From: Pseudomonadota bacterium | GTDB taxonomy: Bacteria > Planctomycetota > UBA8108 > UBA1146 | Length of the DNA: 47,598 bases | Direction: 5' to 3' | Assembly (NCBI GenBank): GCA_017859655.1 | Contig: JAFMMO010000003.1 | Coordinates: forward strand, 1-47,598 | Part shown: positions 27,578 through 37,520 of the stretch, in pieces | How positions within the stretch are numbered: position 1 is the first letter of the stretch | Layout: every line of letters starts with the position of its first letter | Made by a program: the position numbers and the translations under genes | Notes under the pieces: model-generated | The model's database searches: none | What the model was told of the DNA's origin: nothing | What the model saw: only the letters and a program-made list of their open reading frames with translations

Positions 27578-29155
27578 CTAGGCGACATGCTCGTCGAACT
27601 CGTTGAAGTACATGAAGAAGAGCACCGCCATCCCCAGCATGCCGCCGAAGGTGGTCCAGATGCCGGCCCCGATGCCGACCTTCCCGGAGAGATAGAGATA
27701 GTTCATCCCGACCACCGTGGCGAGGGCCCCCACGAAGACGCGCGTGGCCGAGACCCTCGACCGGCGGTGCGGCCGGACCCGGAAGAGGAGTCGGAGGTAC
27801 TGCTGGGAGATGACGATGAAGATGATCATCGAGAGGATCCCCCACTCCTCGAGCTGCGGGGCCAGAATGAAGAAGTCGTAGGCGGCGTGGATGACGACGA
27901 CCTTCGCGAACGCCTCGATGGCCTCGCTCCACGCGTCGCGCCGACGCAGCCGCGCCGCGCGGAAGAGGTGGTGACCCGCGTAGCCGGTCAGGGCCATGTG
28001 CGCGAAGTTCGCGGTCATGAACCGCCCGATGATCCCGTCCCCCGGGTCCATCAGGTAGTAGGAGCCGTTCTCGTTCATCGCGAACCCGAGTCCGACCGCC
28101 GAGGCGAGCACGAGCGCCTGGACCTCTCCCCCCCGCCGCAGCAGGAGGGGCACGAGCGGGATGAAGCAGAGCAGCTTCAGCAGCTCCTCCCGGAACCCGA
28201 TCGAGAGCGCGTGGAGGAGGTGCCAGGTCACCGGCCGACCGACCTCGTCCCCGAGCACCGCCTCCTCCGCCACGAGGGAGAGGAGGGTGAGCTCGGTGCT
28301 CAGCCAGCCGAGGGCGATGGCGACCGGCAGCAGGGCCTGATTCTCCCGCAGCCAGCTCCAGCCTCCGCCGAGGTGAAAGAGCAACAGGAGCCAGCAGAGC
28401 CCGATCACCGAGACCGCGACCCAGATCCCCGGGGTCCAGCGCTCGTACTGGGAGAGGATCATCGGGAGCGCCATCGCGAGGTACTCCCCGCGATCCCGGT
28501 GGTACCGGGCGACGAACCGCGGCGAGGTCGCGCGGCGGGTCGCCGGCTCCGCGATGGCCGCCCCGAACTCCTCGATCCGGTCGGCCCGGAAGAGGGACTC
28601 GGTCCAGCCACCGGTCGCCGTGGGGTCCGGGACGCCACCGGGAGAGAGCCGCCGCGCCCGCTCGAACCACGCAGCCGCGGTCGCGGGATCCCCGCACGCC
28701 AGGGCGATGCGCCCCCCCTCCCGCTGCAGCGCGAAGTCGGCGGGGAAGGGCTCGAGATGAAAGAGGGCGGGGCGCCCGGGGGCGGAGTCCCGCCACGCCA
28801 GCAGCATCGGCAGCGGGACCGGCGCGGTCCGCAGCAGCGCGTCGAAGGAGACCCGGTCGATGGAAGGGAGGGGATCGAGGGGACCCGAGGTCGACCGCAG
28901 GCGGCAGAGCTCGATCCACGCCTCGCGGTCCTCGGGATGGGAGGCGAGGTGATCGAGGAGCCGTCGCTCTCCCGCCGCCGGCCCGGAGCTCGCCGCCTCC
29001 CAGCGCGCCATCTCCACGGCGGAGGGGCCGAGGCCGACGATCCGCAGGAGGATGGAGAGCAGCACGAACCCGCCGAAGATGCCGAGCCCCATCCGCGTGA
29101 GGCTCTCGCGGGTCAGGCGGACGCGTTCCAGTCGACGGACGATGCGGTCGAGCAC
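27578..29155 (-). CDS. PrsW-family intramembrane protease with N-terminal extracytoplasmic TPR-like helical domain
   Basis: IGFREELLK (EExxK), GLGFAMNEN (FxxxE), AHMALTG, IHAAYD. GTG start has SD GAGGAGG. Confidence 0.85.
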   Translation of the reverse strand: MLDRIVRRLERVRLTRESLTRMGLGIFGGFVLLSILLRIVGLGPSAVEMARWEAASSGPAAGERRLLDHLASHPEDREAWIELCRLRSTSGPLDPLPSIDRVSFDALLRTAPVPLPMLLAWRDSAPGRPALFHLEPFPADFALQREGGRIALACGDPATAAAWFERARRLSPGGVPDPTATGGWTESLFRADRIEEFGAAIAEPATRRATSPRFVARYHRDRGEYLAMALPMILSQYERWTPGIWVAVSVIGLCWLLLLFHLGGGWSWLRENQALLPVAIALGWLSTELTLLSLVAEEAVLGDEVGRPVTWHLLHALSIGFREELLKLLCFIPLVPLLLRRGGEVQALVLASAVGLGFAMNENGSYYLMDPGDGIIGRFMTANFAHMALTGYAGHHLFRAARLRRRDAWSEAIEAFAKVVVIHAAYDFFILAPQLEEWGILSMIIFIVISQQYLRLLFRVRPHRRSRVSATRVFVGALATVVGMNYLYLSGKVGIGAGIWTTFGGMLGMAVLFFMYFNEFDEHVA

Positions 29156-29318
29156 GGGCCTCCTCGGCGGGGTTCGGTCGGCACGCGGGGACTATCGGTG
29201 ATCCCGTCTCCGGAGACCAGAAATCTCGCGCCGCCGGCCGCGTTGTGATCCGGAGCGCCGTGGGGCAAGATCCCGGGATCCCCGCCCGGAGCGCATCGAC
29301 CAGGTCGGAGAGCATCCC

Positions 29319-30080
29319 ATGGCTGAGACCCAGAGGCTGGAACCCGAGCTCGACCACGAGCACTCCCCCGAGGCGATCGGAGCCCGCCTCGCCGGGCGCA
29401 CCGGACCCGGCCACCTCCGCGACTTCGTCTACGGGGCGGTGGATGGCACCGTCACGACCTTCGCCGTCGTCTCCGGCGCGGCCGGCGCCGGGCTCGGCGG
29501 GCGGGTGATCGTCATCCTCGGCCTCGCCAACCTCCTCGCCGATGGCTTCAGCATGGCGGTGAGCAACTACCTGGGCACCCGGGCGGAGCTCCAGGGGCGC
29601 GAGCGGGCGCGGTCGATGGAGGAGCGGCACATCGATCACCACCCCGACGGGGAGCGCGAGGAGATCCGCCAGATCTTCGCCGCGAAGGGGTTCGTCGGAG
29701 AGGACCTCGAGCAGGTCGTGCGGGTGATCACCGCGGACCGGGAGCGCTGGATCGAGACGATGCTCCAGGAGGAGCACGGCTACGCCGCGGTCCCTCCCTG
29801 CCCCCGGAAGGCCGCGACGGTCACCTTCACCGCCTTCGTCCTCGTCGGTCTGGTGCCGATCCTTCCCTTCGTCCTGCGGGCGCTCGGCGTCCCGGTGGCG
29901 GAGCCGTATTTCGCCAGCACGATCGGCACGATGATCGCCTTCTTCTCCATCGGAGTCGCGAAGGCGCGCTTCGTCGAGCAGCCCCGCCTGCTCGCGGGAG
30001 TCGAGACGCTCCTCCTCGGAGGTGGCGCGGCCCTCCTCTCCTATGCGGTCGGTGCGCTCCTGAGAGGATGGGTCGGATGA
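29319..30080 (+). CDS. VIT1/CCC1-family Fe/Mn transporter
   Basis: [55 protein letters not shown]. Confidence 0.93.
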   Translation: MAETQRLEPELDHEHSPEAIGARLAGRTGPGHLRDFVYGAVDGTVTTFAVVSGAAGAGLGGRVIVILGLANLLADGFSMAVSNYLGTRAELQGRERARSMEERHIDHHPDGEREEIRQIFAAKGFVGEDLEQVVRVITADRERWIETMLQEEHGYAAVPPCPRKAATVTFTAFVLVGLVPILPFVLRALGVPVAEPYFASTIGTMIAFFSIGVAKARFVEQPRLLAGVETLLLGGGAALLSYAVGALLRGWVG

Positions 30081-31906
30081 TGGATCGCCCGAGGGTCCGA
30101 AGCGTGGAGGGGGCGCGCTCCCGCCGGCAGCCATCCCGCCCACCTCGGCTGTTGCTGCTCGCCCTGCCGCTCCTCGCCCTGCTGCCCCTCCCTCTCGCGG
30201 GCGCCGTCGCGGCGGAGGAGGCCCGGCCGGTCCTCCGGGTCCGCGCCGACCCGGTCGTCGAGCTCCTCGCCATCGTCTTCCGCCTCGCCGGCAGCCCGGA
30301 GTACTCGACCGCGGCGGAGGGGAGCCCGGGGCGGGCGGCGATCGACGCCCGATTCGCCCGGCATGAGGACCACCCGGCGGTCGCCCTCGCCCGCCGACTT
30401 CGGAGTGAGCGGGGCATCTCTCACGATGCCGTCGTCTCCCTCGCGGTGCACATCAACAACATCCGGAACTTCTCCCTCGTCCAGCCGCTCGAGGACGCAC
30501 CCCGGTACCTCGATGCCCGCTGGGACGCGCCCTCCGCCTCCGCGTTCATCGAGCAGCTCCGCGACTTCGCGACCGAGACCGCCTTCGACGACTGGTGGGA
30601 TGACCAGAGGGAGGTCCATGAAGCCCTGACCGCACCCCTCCTCGAGGGGCTCGTCGCGGAGCTGGATCTCCCGTGGTTTCGAAATCATCTCGGCCTGAGG
30701 ATCGATGGAACCCTCGAGGTGATCGTCTCCCCCGCCGCGGGCGGGAGCGCCTACTCCGTGAGCGCCGAGGTCGAGCGGCGGGACGGAGCGGAGCGGGTGC
30801 ACCATGTGATCCTGGGGGCGATGGGGAAGGACCTCCGGGGAGAGGCGCGGATCCGAGCGGTCGACACCATCGTCCACGAGCTCTGCCATCCCACCGTGAA
30901 CCCCGCCGTCGACGCCCGCGTCGATCTCTTCCGGGAGGCTCGGAGCACCCTCGAGCCCCCGATCGCCCTCGCCATGGAGGAGCAGGGCTACGGGGAGTGG
31001 TCGATCGTGCTGCGCGAGGTCTTCGTGCGGCTCTTCACCCGCGCCTGGATCCTCGAGCACCGCGGCGCCCGCGCGGCCGAGACCTACGATCAGGAGCAGA
31101 CCGCCCGGAGCTTCGCGCTCGTCTCCTCCCTCGCCGAGGAGGAGGCGACCCGACTCGCGGGGGCACCGCCGGCCCCGCTCGAGGAGCGCATCGCGGCGTT
31201 CGCGCCGGCCATCGACAGGATCGCGCGGGAGCAGGCGCGCGAGCTCGAGCCGCATCGTCCCCGAGTGCTCCGCGTCGAGCCGGGGATCGAGTGCCTCGAC
31301 CTCGCCCCCGGTCCCATCACCCTGAGGATCACCTTCGACCGCCCCATGGAGGCGGGGTTCAACGTGATGCGGCTGCGGGCCCCTTTCCCGGAGGTGACCG
31401 GGAGCGCCGGCTGGACCGAGGATCGGCGCGTCTTCTCGGTGCCGCTGAAGGTCGCGGCGGGAGTCCGCTACGAGCTGGGGGTGAACGGACCGGGCGGCGG
31501 GGCCTTCCGCGCGGCGGAGACGGGGGTTCCGCTCATCCCGTTCCGGGTGATCCTGTCGAGCCCGCCTCCGGGGGGCGCCCCCGGCGCGGAGGCGCCGCGG
31601 GTGGTCCGAATCACGCCGAGTCCGGAGGGGGGAGCGGTGGCCCCGGGAGAGACCGAGCTGCGGCTCGAGTTCGATCGGAGGATGGCGGAGAGCTACAGCG
31701 TCACCGGGGGGGGAGAGACCTTCCCGGAGGTGACCGGGGCGCCCCGCTGGAACGAGGAGCGCACCGTCTTCACCCTGCCGATCCGCCTCGTCGCGGGGCG
31801 GAGCTACCTGCTCGGCATCAACGGACCGAACCACTCCGGCTTCCGAAGCGAGGCGGGGGTGCCGGTCGAGCCCCGCACGATCCGCCTCACCGTCGGCTCA
31901 CCCTGA
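30077..31906 (+). CDS. Secreted DUF4932-like putative zinc metallopeptidase with two C-terminal Ig-like repeats
   Basis: Signal peptide, [27 protein letters not shown] (HExxH) with downstream LREVFVR. Two similar repeats PRV.R..P..FDR.M..FPEVTG..W..Y.LG.NGP..FR. ATGA overlap with VIT1. Confidence 0.7.
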   Translation: MMDRPRVRSVEGARSRRQPSRPPRLLLLALPLLALLPLPLAGAVAAEEARPVLRVRADPVVELLAIVFRLAGSPEYSTAAEGSPGRAAIDARFARHEDHPAVALARRLRSERGISHDAVVSLAVHINNIRNFSLVQPLEDAPRYLDARWDAPSASAFIEQLRDFATETAFDDWWDDQREVHEALTAPLLEGLVAELDLPWFRNHLGLRIDGTLEVIVSPAAGGSAYSVSAEVERRDGAERVHHVILGAMGKDLRGEARIRAVDTIVHELCHPTVNPAVDARVDLFREARSTLEPPIALAMEEQGYGEWSIVLREVFVRLFTRAWILEHRGARAAETYDQEQTARSFALVSSLAEEEATRLAGAPPAPLEERIAAFAPAIDRIAREQARELEPHRPRVLRVEPGIECLDLAPGPITLRITFDRPMEAGFNVMRLRAPFPEVTGSAGWTEDRRVFSVPLKVAAGVRYELGVNGPGGGAFRAAETGVPLIPFRVILSSPPPGGAPGAEAPRVVRITPSPEGGAVAPGETELRLEFDRRMAESYSVTGGGETFPEVTGAPRWNEERTVFTLPIRLVAGRSYLLGINGPNHSGFRSEAGVPVEPRTIRLTVGSP

Positions 31907-33127
31907 GTCGCCGACCCCGGTCCCGTCCTCGACCCGACGGAGAACGCGGACCTTGAGGTACTCGCTCTCCGGAAGGCGGAGCCACGCGGGGTGGTCCGCG
32001 CCCGCCCCGAGGCGCTCCTCCAGGAAGACGCGAAAGGGCAGGTCGAAGCTCGCCTGCCGGAGGACATCCTCGAACATCTCCCCCCGCAGGTGATAGCTGC
32101 AGCTCGCGGTGATGAGGCGCCCCCCCGGAGCGAGGAGCTGCATCGCGATGCGGTTGAGGTCGCGGTAGCCGCGCTTCCCGCCCTCCACCTCCCGCCGGGA
32201 CTTGCAGAAGGGCGGAGGATCGAGCACGACGAGGTCGAAGCTCTGCCCGTCCGCGCGCAGCTCGCGCACCACATCGAAGGCGTTCCCCACCCGGGCGGTG
32301 AGCGGGCCGAGCTCCTGCGCCTCCGCGGCCGCGGTCGCCCGGGCGAGGGCCTCCGCGGACTGGTCCACGGCGATCGCTTCGCGGGCCCCCCCCGCGAGCG
32401 CCGAGAGCGCGAAGGCTCCCTGGTAGCTGAAGAGGTCGAGCACCCGTGCCGATGCAGCGAGGGCGCGCACGCGAGCGCGGGCGGGGCGCTGGTCGAGATA
32501 GAAGCCGGTCTTGTGACCATCCCACGGGCGCACCCGATGGACCACTCCGTCCTCCTCGATCTCCACCTCGTCGACCCGCTCGCCAGCGAGGAGGCGCACC
32601 TCCTCCGCGAGCCCCTCGCGCTTGCGCACCGGCAGGTCCCCGCGCATCAGCACCATCGCCGGGGAGAAGCGGGCGACGAGCCAGGCGGTGATCGCGCCGC
32701 GATTCGCCTCCACCCAGCCGGAGGTCGACTGGATCACGATGACATCGGAGTAGCGGTCGACGACGAGCCCCGGGACTCCGTCCGCCTCGGAGTGGACGAG
32801 GCGCTCCCCCGTTCGCTCCCCGATGCCGGCCTCCCGCAGGGCGATCGCATCGGAGAGCCGGCGGTCGAGGAACTCCTCCACCTCGGGGACTCCGCTCCCC
32901 TCCCAGGGACCGCACAGGCGCAGAGCGATCTTCGAGCTGCCGTTCGATGTCATCCCGAGACCGAGGTCGCGCCCTCCCGGCGCGCGCACGCGGACGAGCG
33001 CCGTCTTCGGCAGCTCCTGCGAGGCGAGGTCATCGGCGTAGAACCAGGGGTGCCCCCGGCGGCCGATCCGGGCGGCGCGTTCAGGGAGCGTGATGCTCAT
33101 CGTGTCCGAGGTCGGCTCGGTCGCCAT
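31898..33127 (-). CDS. rlmI: RlmI-family PUA + class I SAM-dependent rRNA methyltransferase
   Basis: GHPWFY PUA start, RLVHSEADGVPGLVVDRY, GHKTGFYLDQR, LDLFSYQGAF, VLDPPPF, SCS, PESEYLK. Confidence 0.85.
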   Translation of the reverse strand: MATEPTSDTMSITLPERAARIGRRGHPWFYADDLASQELPKTALVRVRAPGGRDLGLGMTSNGSSKIALRLCGPWEGSGVPEVEEFLDRRLSDAIALREAGIGERTGERLVHSEADGVPGLVVDRYSDVIVIQSTSGWVEANRGAITAWLVARFSPAMVLMRGDLPVRKREGLAEEVRLLAGERVDEVEIEEDGVVHRVRPWDGHKTGFYLDQRPARARVRALAASARVLDLFSYQGAFALSALAGGAREAIAVDQSAEALARATAAAEAQELGPLTARVGNAFDVVRELRADGQSFDLVVLDPPPFCKSRREVEGGKRGYRDLNRIAMQLLAPGGRLITASCSYHLRGEMFEDVLRQASFDLPFRVFLEERLGAGADHPAWLRLPESEYLKVRVLRRVEDGTGVGDSG

Positions 33128-33213
33128 CGATGGTGTCCTTCCGGGATCGGGGAGTCCGCATCTTCACCGTCGGGCGGACCGCGTCCACCTCTGACGCCGA
33201 GGCGGGGGAGCGC

Positions 33214-33888
33214 TCAGGCCTCGCCGAGCAGATCGAGGATCTGAGCCGGGTGCTCGATGAGGTGGTCCGGACCGTGGGGGAGGAGCTCCTCGCGGTGGAA
33301 GGGCCCCCACAACGCCGCGCCGGTGCGCACCCCCGCAGCCCGACCGCAGCCGATGTCCGCCGGGGCGTCCCCGACGAAGAGGGCCTCCTCGGGACCGACC
33401 TTCAGGAGGGAGAGCGCACGGATCACCGGCTCCGGATGCGGCTTGTGGTGGACGACATCATCGATGGTGACCATGACCTCGAAGTGCTCGAGGAGCCCGA
33501 CGAGGCGCAGTCCGCGCTCGGTGGTCTCGCGCATCTTGCTCGTCACGATGGCGGTCCGCACCCCGCGCGCGCGCGCCGCGTCGAGCATCCCCGGCACCCC
33601 CTCGAAGGAGGTGACGCGGGCATCATGCTCGGCGAGGTTGTGACCGCGGTAGAGATCGATGAGGGCGCTGATCCGCTCGGGGTCCTCCCCCACGCGCTCC
33701 GTGAACACCCCCCGCAGCGGGACCCCGACCCGGCTCCGGTAGTACTCCGGGTCGAAGGGCTCCTCCGGGAACTCCCGTCGATGGACATGCTCGTAGGAGG
33801 CCAGGATCAGATCAATGGTGTCGAGGACCGTGCCGTCGAGATCGAAGAGGAGGGTCCCCACCGGAGGGCGGGGGCGGGAGGTCGACAT
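33214..33888 (-). CDS. HAD-superfamily phosphatase (PpaX-like)
   Basis: FDLDGTVLDT, VTSK, HKPHPEP, FVGDAPADI. Confidence 0.9.
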   Translation of the reverse strand: MSTSRPRPPVGTLLFDLDGTVLDTIDLILASYEHVHRREFPEEPFDPEYYRSRVGVPLRGVFTERVGEDPERISALIDLYRGHNLAEHDARVTSFEGVPGMLDAARARGVRTAIVTSKMRETTERGLRLVGLLEHFEVMVTIDDVVHHKPHPEPVIRALSLLKVGPEEALFVGDAPADIGCGRAAGVRTGAALWGPFHREELLPHGPDHLIEHPAQILDLLGEA

Positions 33889-33923
33889 GACGAGGGGTGC
33901 TCCTCACGGGAACGGGTCCGAGG

Positions 33924-34394
33924 CTACGCTTCCTGACAGCACTTCTTGTACTTGCGGCCGCTGCCGCAGGGACAGGGGTCGTTCCGGCCGATCTTCAGAC
34001 CGGGGCGGACCACGGGGCGCGGCTTCTCCTCCATCGCGTCGAGGTACGCCTCGCGCAGCGCGCCGACATACGCGCCGAGGGGCTCTCCATCCGCGAGGCG
34101 CCCCCGCCTCCCCAGGTCGGCGATGAAGTCCCCGATCGCCCGGGGCACCCTTCCGCGGAGCTTCCGCTCCACCGGGAACGCCTGCATCCCCTCGAGCATC
34201 GCCTCCTTGAGGTCGCGCTTCGTCAACTCCCCGGGGGGGACCCCGCGCACCGCGCACGCCTGGAAGAGGAAGGTGACGAGGAGGGCGTCGATGATCGGAT
34301 GGAGCGCCGGGTCGAGGCTCGTCCCTGTCGCATCCTCGACATGCTCATCGACCCACTGCTCGATCGTGTCGCGGATCCAGCCTTCGTGCTCCAC
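33924..34394 (-). CDS. Small helical protein with C-terminal SEC-C zinc-binding motif
   Basis: [20 protein letters not shown] at the C-terminus. GTG 34394 has SD GGAGG. The upstream part of the long ORF overlaps another gene. Confidence 0.82.
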   Translation of the reverse strand: MEHEGWIRDTIEQWVDEHVEDATGTSLDPALHPIIDALLVTFLFQACAVRGVPPGELTKRDLKEAMLEGMQAFPVERKLRGRVPRAIGDFIADLGRRGRLADGEPLGAYVGALREAYLDAMEEKPRPVVRPGLKIGRNDPCPCGSGRKYKKCCQEA

Positions 34395-34580
34395 GGGGTC
34401 CTCCCTGCAGGCGACGCGCCCGCCGCCGTCCGGTGGGGCGGAATCGTAACGGAGGAAAGGACTTGGATCGATCCCCGCCCGCGGAAGTCGGTCCGCTTCC
34501 TCCGCGGATGATAGCCTTCTCCACGGGCTCGACCTGCGATGCAGGGACGGCCCGCTGGGACCGAGAGATCGGAGGACCCC

Positions 34581-35477
34581 GTGACCCGAGAGCCCCCGGA
34601 CGAGAGAGCGCGAACCCCCGTGACCGACCGAACCCCGACCCCCCTGCTCCTCGTCCTCGGCTGCTCCGCCGCCTTCGCCTTCGGCTGGCTCCTCACCGCG
34701 ATCGATCTCGGGCGCGCGACCCCCGGCGAGCCGATCGCCGCGAGGGAGGATCACTCCCCCCTCCGGGCGGCGACCCCCCCGGGGGACGCGGACCTGACCG
34801 GTCCTCGCTCGCTGCGCGGGCACCTCGAGGACGAGGTCCGCCCCGACCCCCTGCTGAACTCCACCGCCGGACGGCTCCTCCTCGCGCTCATCAGCGGCGT
34901 GATCGCGACCGCCGTGACGATCGCCATCACGCGTCGTCGGCTCCCCGCACCCGAGTCGGTCCGTCCGGTCCCCGTCCCCACGGTGCGGGTCCGTCGCCCG
35001 CTGCGGAGCCGGAGTCTCGATCCCTTCCCCCAGCCTCGACCCCGGAGAGCGGGCGGCGAGATCCCGCCCTCCGACCCCAGGATCCTCACCGGCCGGCGCC
35101 TCCTCATCCTCCGGGACCCGGCGTCCGACCGCACCGAGCTGCGCAGCACCCTGCGCGAGGCCGGGGCGAGCGTCATCGAGCTGGGGAGCGCTCCCCTCGA
35201 CTCTCCGCAGCCTGTCTTCGATCTCATCGTGATCGAGGCGGCGGATGAGCACGGAGTCGAGGCGGCGCTGCGTCGCAGTGGCGCCGGGGCGAGCGGAGCC
35301 CCCCTGCCGCCGATCCTCGTCCTCCCCCCGAACGGGGCGGATCCGGATGGAAGGATGGCCTTCGTCGAGCCGGGGTCGAAGAACCTCGGGTCGGGGAAGG
35401 ACGGCGCACGGGACGAGGGGGCGGAGCTGCGGGAGCAGGTCGCGGCGCTCCTCGCGCCGGTCGCGACCCCCTCCTGA
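34581..35477 (+). CDS. Hypothetical membrane protein (2 TM) with possible degenerate receiver-like C-terminal domain
   Basis: GTG 34581 has SD GGAGG. Two hydrophobic spans. The C-terminal [28 protein letters not shown] has an alpha/beta pattern. Confidence 0.6.
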   Translation: MTREPPDERARTPVTDRTPTPLLLVLGCSAAFAFGWLLTAIDLGRATPGEPIAAREDHSPLRAATPPGDADLTGPRSLRGHLEDEVRPDPLLNSTAGRLLLALISGVIATAVTIAITRRRLPAPESVRPVPVPTVRVRRPLRSRSLDPFPQPRPRRAGGEIPPSDPRILTGRRLLILRDPASDRTELRSTLREAGASVIELGSAPLDSPQPVFDLIVIEAADEHGVEAALRRSGAGASGAPLPPILVLPPNGADPDGRMAFVEPGSKNLGSGKDGARDEGAELREQVAALLAPVATPS

Positions 35478-35508
35478 AGCGGGGGCGCAGAGGGGCTCGG
35501 GCGCCGAT

Positions 35509-36939
35509 TCAGAGGATCGGTGCGAGAAGCCGGGCGACCGTGGAGCAGAGCCGACGCCGCAGCGGGCGGGCCGCGAGGTACTCCGGGGTGTAGGCGCGGC
35601 AGCGGGGGAGAAGCTGCTCGAAGGCCTCGTCGATCGCCCGGACCTCCCGAGGACCATCGAAGATCGTCATCTGCTCGAAGTTGAGCCAGAGGCTCCGGTT
35701 GTCGAGGTTGGCGGAGCCGATCATCGCCCACTCCCCATCCACCACCACCGCCTTGGCGTGCATCATCCCCTCCGTGAAGCCGTGGACCTCGACGCCGGCG
35801 GGGAGCAGCTCCCCGATGACATACTCCCCGCACAGCTGCACCACCCAGTGATCCGCCGGCGGGAACTGGGTGATGATCTGGACCCGCAGGCCGCTGCGAG
35901 CCGCGAGGAGGAGCGCATCGCAGAGGGTCTGATCCGGCACGAGGTAGGGCGTGAAGATGCGGATCGAGCGCCGCGCCCGGGCCAGCGCCGCGACATACGC
36001 CTGACGCACCGCGTTCACCGCCTGGTCCGGCCCCCCGCCGATCACCTGGGCGGGAGCGGAGCCGCGAGGCTCCGGGGACGGGAAGTACTCATCCCCCGTC
36101 GGATGACGCCCCGCCGCGAAGTCCCAGTCCTCGAGGAACATCCGCTGGAGATCGAGGACCGAGGGCCCCTCCAGCTTCACGTGGAGATCGAACCAGTCGC
36201 GGGTCCGATGCCGACGCCGCCCGAGGTACTCGACCCCCACGTTCAGACCGCCGAAGAACGCGAGCCGACCATCGACGATGACGATCTTTCGGTGGTTGCG
36301 CAGGTGGGGCGTCGCCTTGCCGAAGAGCCGGACCGGCAGGAACCGGAGCCCCTCCCCGCCCGCCTCCCGGAGGTCCCGGAGGAGGCGCTTGTTGCCGCGC
36401 GACCCGACCCCGTCGACGAGCACCCGGACCTCGACCCCCTCCCTCGCTCTCTCGCAGAGGGCTCGCGTGGCGCGCCGACCGAGCTCGTCGTCGCGGAAGA
36501 TGAAGAACTCCACATGGATGTGGTGACGCGCCCGCCGGATCGCGTCCTCCATCTCCTCGAAGGCGACCACGCCGTGGGGGATCACCTCCACCTCGTTGCC
36601 GCCCCGCCGCGGCCCCTCCCCGAGGCCGACGAGGAGCTCCGCGATCGGCCCCCAGCGCCGGTCCACCTCGCTCGGCGCCACCTCCCCTCCGCCGTCGCCG
36701 GCGAGGGAAGGGCCGCTGAACCCGACCTTGTGGGAGATCTTCCGTCGCAGGCGACTGGGGAAGCGATTCCAGCCCACGAGGATGAAGAGGATGATCCCGA
36801 AGAAGGGGAGAAAGACGATCGCGAGGGACCAGCCCAGGGCCGCCGGCGGCTCCCGCTTGCGGATGAGGGCGGTGATCACCGCGAGGACGACCGCCGCGAA
36901 GTAGGTCCAGGAGACGATCCCGGTGATCCACGCTTCCAA
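35509..36939 (-). CDS. cls: Cardiolipin synthase (PLD family)
   Basis: N-terminal TM/PLDc_N segment ([16 protein letters not shown]) and two HKD motifs, [10 protein letters not shown] and [13 protein letters not shown] 36939 has SD GAGGAG. Confidence 0.92.
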   Translation of the reverse strand: MEAWITGIVSWTYFAAVVLAVITALIRKREPPAALGWSLAIVFLPFFGIILFILVGWNRFPSRLRRKISHKVGFSGPSLAGDGGGEVAPSEVDRRWGPIAELLVGLGEGPRRGGNEVEVIPHGVVAFEEMEDAIRRARHHIHVEFFIFRDDELGRRATRALCERAREGVEVRVLVDGVGSRGNKRLLRDLREAGGEGLRFLPVRLFGKATPHLRNHRKIVIVDGRLAFFGGLNVGVEYLGRRRHRTRDWFDLHVKLEGPSVLDLQRMFLEDWDFAAGRHPTGDEYFPSPEPRGSAPAQVIGGGPDQAVNAVRQAYVAALARARRSIRIFTPYLVPDQTLCDALLLAARSGLRVQIITQFPPADHWVVQLCGEYVIGELLPAGVEVHGFTEGMMHAKAVVVDGEWAMIGSANLDNRSLWLNFEQMTIFDGPREVRAIDEAFEQLLPRCRAYTPEYLAARPLRRRLCSTVARLLAPIL

Positions 36940-37520
36940 CGGGTCTCCTCTCCTTGTCGCGCTCTCGACCGCTTCTCGAAGGCTTCTCGAAGGCTCGATC
37001 GACGCGAGATCCTGACCGCTTCTCGGAGGGGTGTGGAGAGAAATCGAACCCTTCCCGCCCGGTCCTGCCCCGCTTCCCTCCCTCGGGAGGCGGTTCGGCG
37101 GAGGCCCCATCCGGGGACCCGAATCGGCTTCAATCGCCGATTCTCGTAGAGATGCGGTGATGCACTCTCCTCGGGAGTCCCGCGGAGAGTGGGATTCATC
37201 GGGATTGTCGTTGCACTCGGCGGGGTTCCTGTGTCCACTACTTTCGCTGGTTGGCTCGCTGACCGAGTAGAGACTTCGAAACCCTTCGCTCAATCCCCCG
37301 GGTGGGAGCCCGGCGAACGAAGGACCGAAGCTCGAGAAGACCGAAACGTCGTCGCCCGAACCGATCCGATTGCTCCGATCGTCGTGTGATCCGCTCGCGC
37401 TCTCTCACTCTCTCTCCTCGCTCTTCGCTCCCTCCACGACGGTCGATGGACGACCCTTCCCTCGGACCTGGGAAGTGAATGTTCTCATAGGTCCATGCTC
37501 GAACCTCCACGGAGGAGTTC

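Noticed and set aside
16185-33127. Functional link between the Bd3614-type deaminase and the RlmI-type methyltransferase
   Set aside because: They are about 15 kb apart with many unrelated genes and a strand switch between them, so there is no operon evidence.
34395-35657. 577-aa ORF 33924-35657 as one SEC-C protein
   Set aside because: The upstream part is antisense to the 34581 gene and overlaps cls. A good SD-GTG exists at 34394.
36940-37293. 118-aa N-terminal extension of cardiolipin synthase
   Set aside because: Low-complexity sequence. The SD-TTG at 36939 gives a normal-length Cls.
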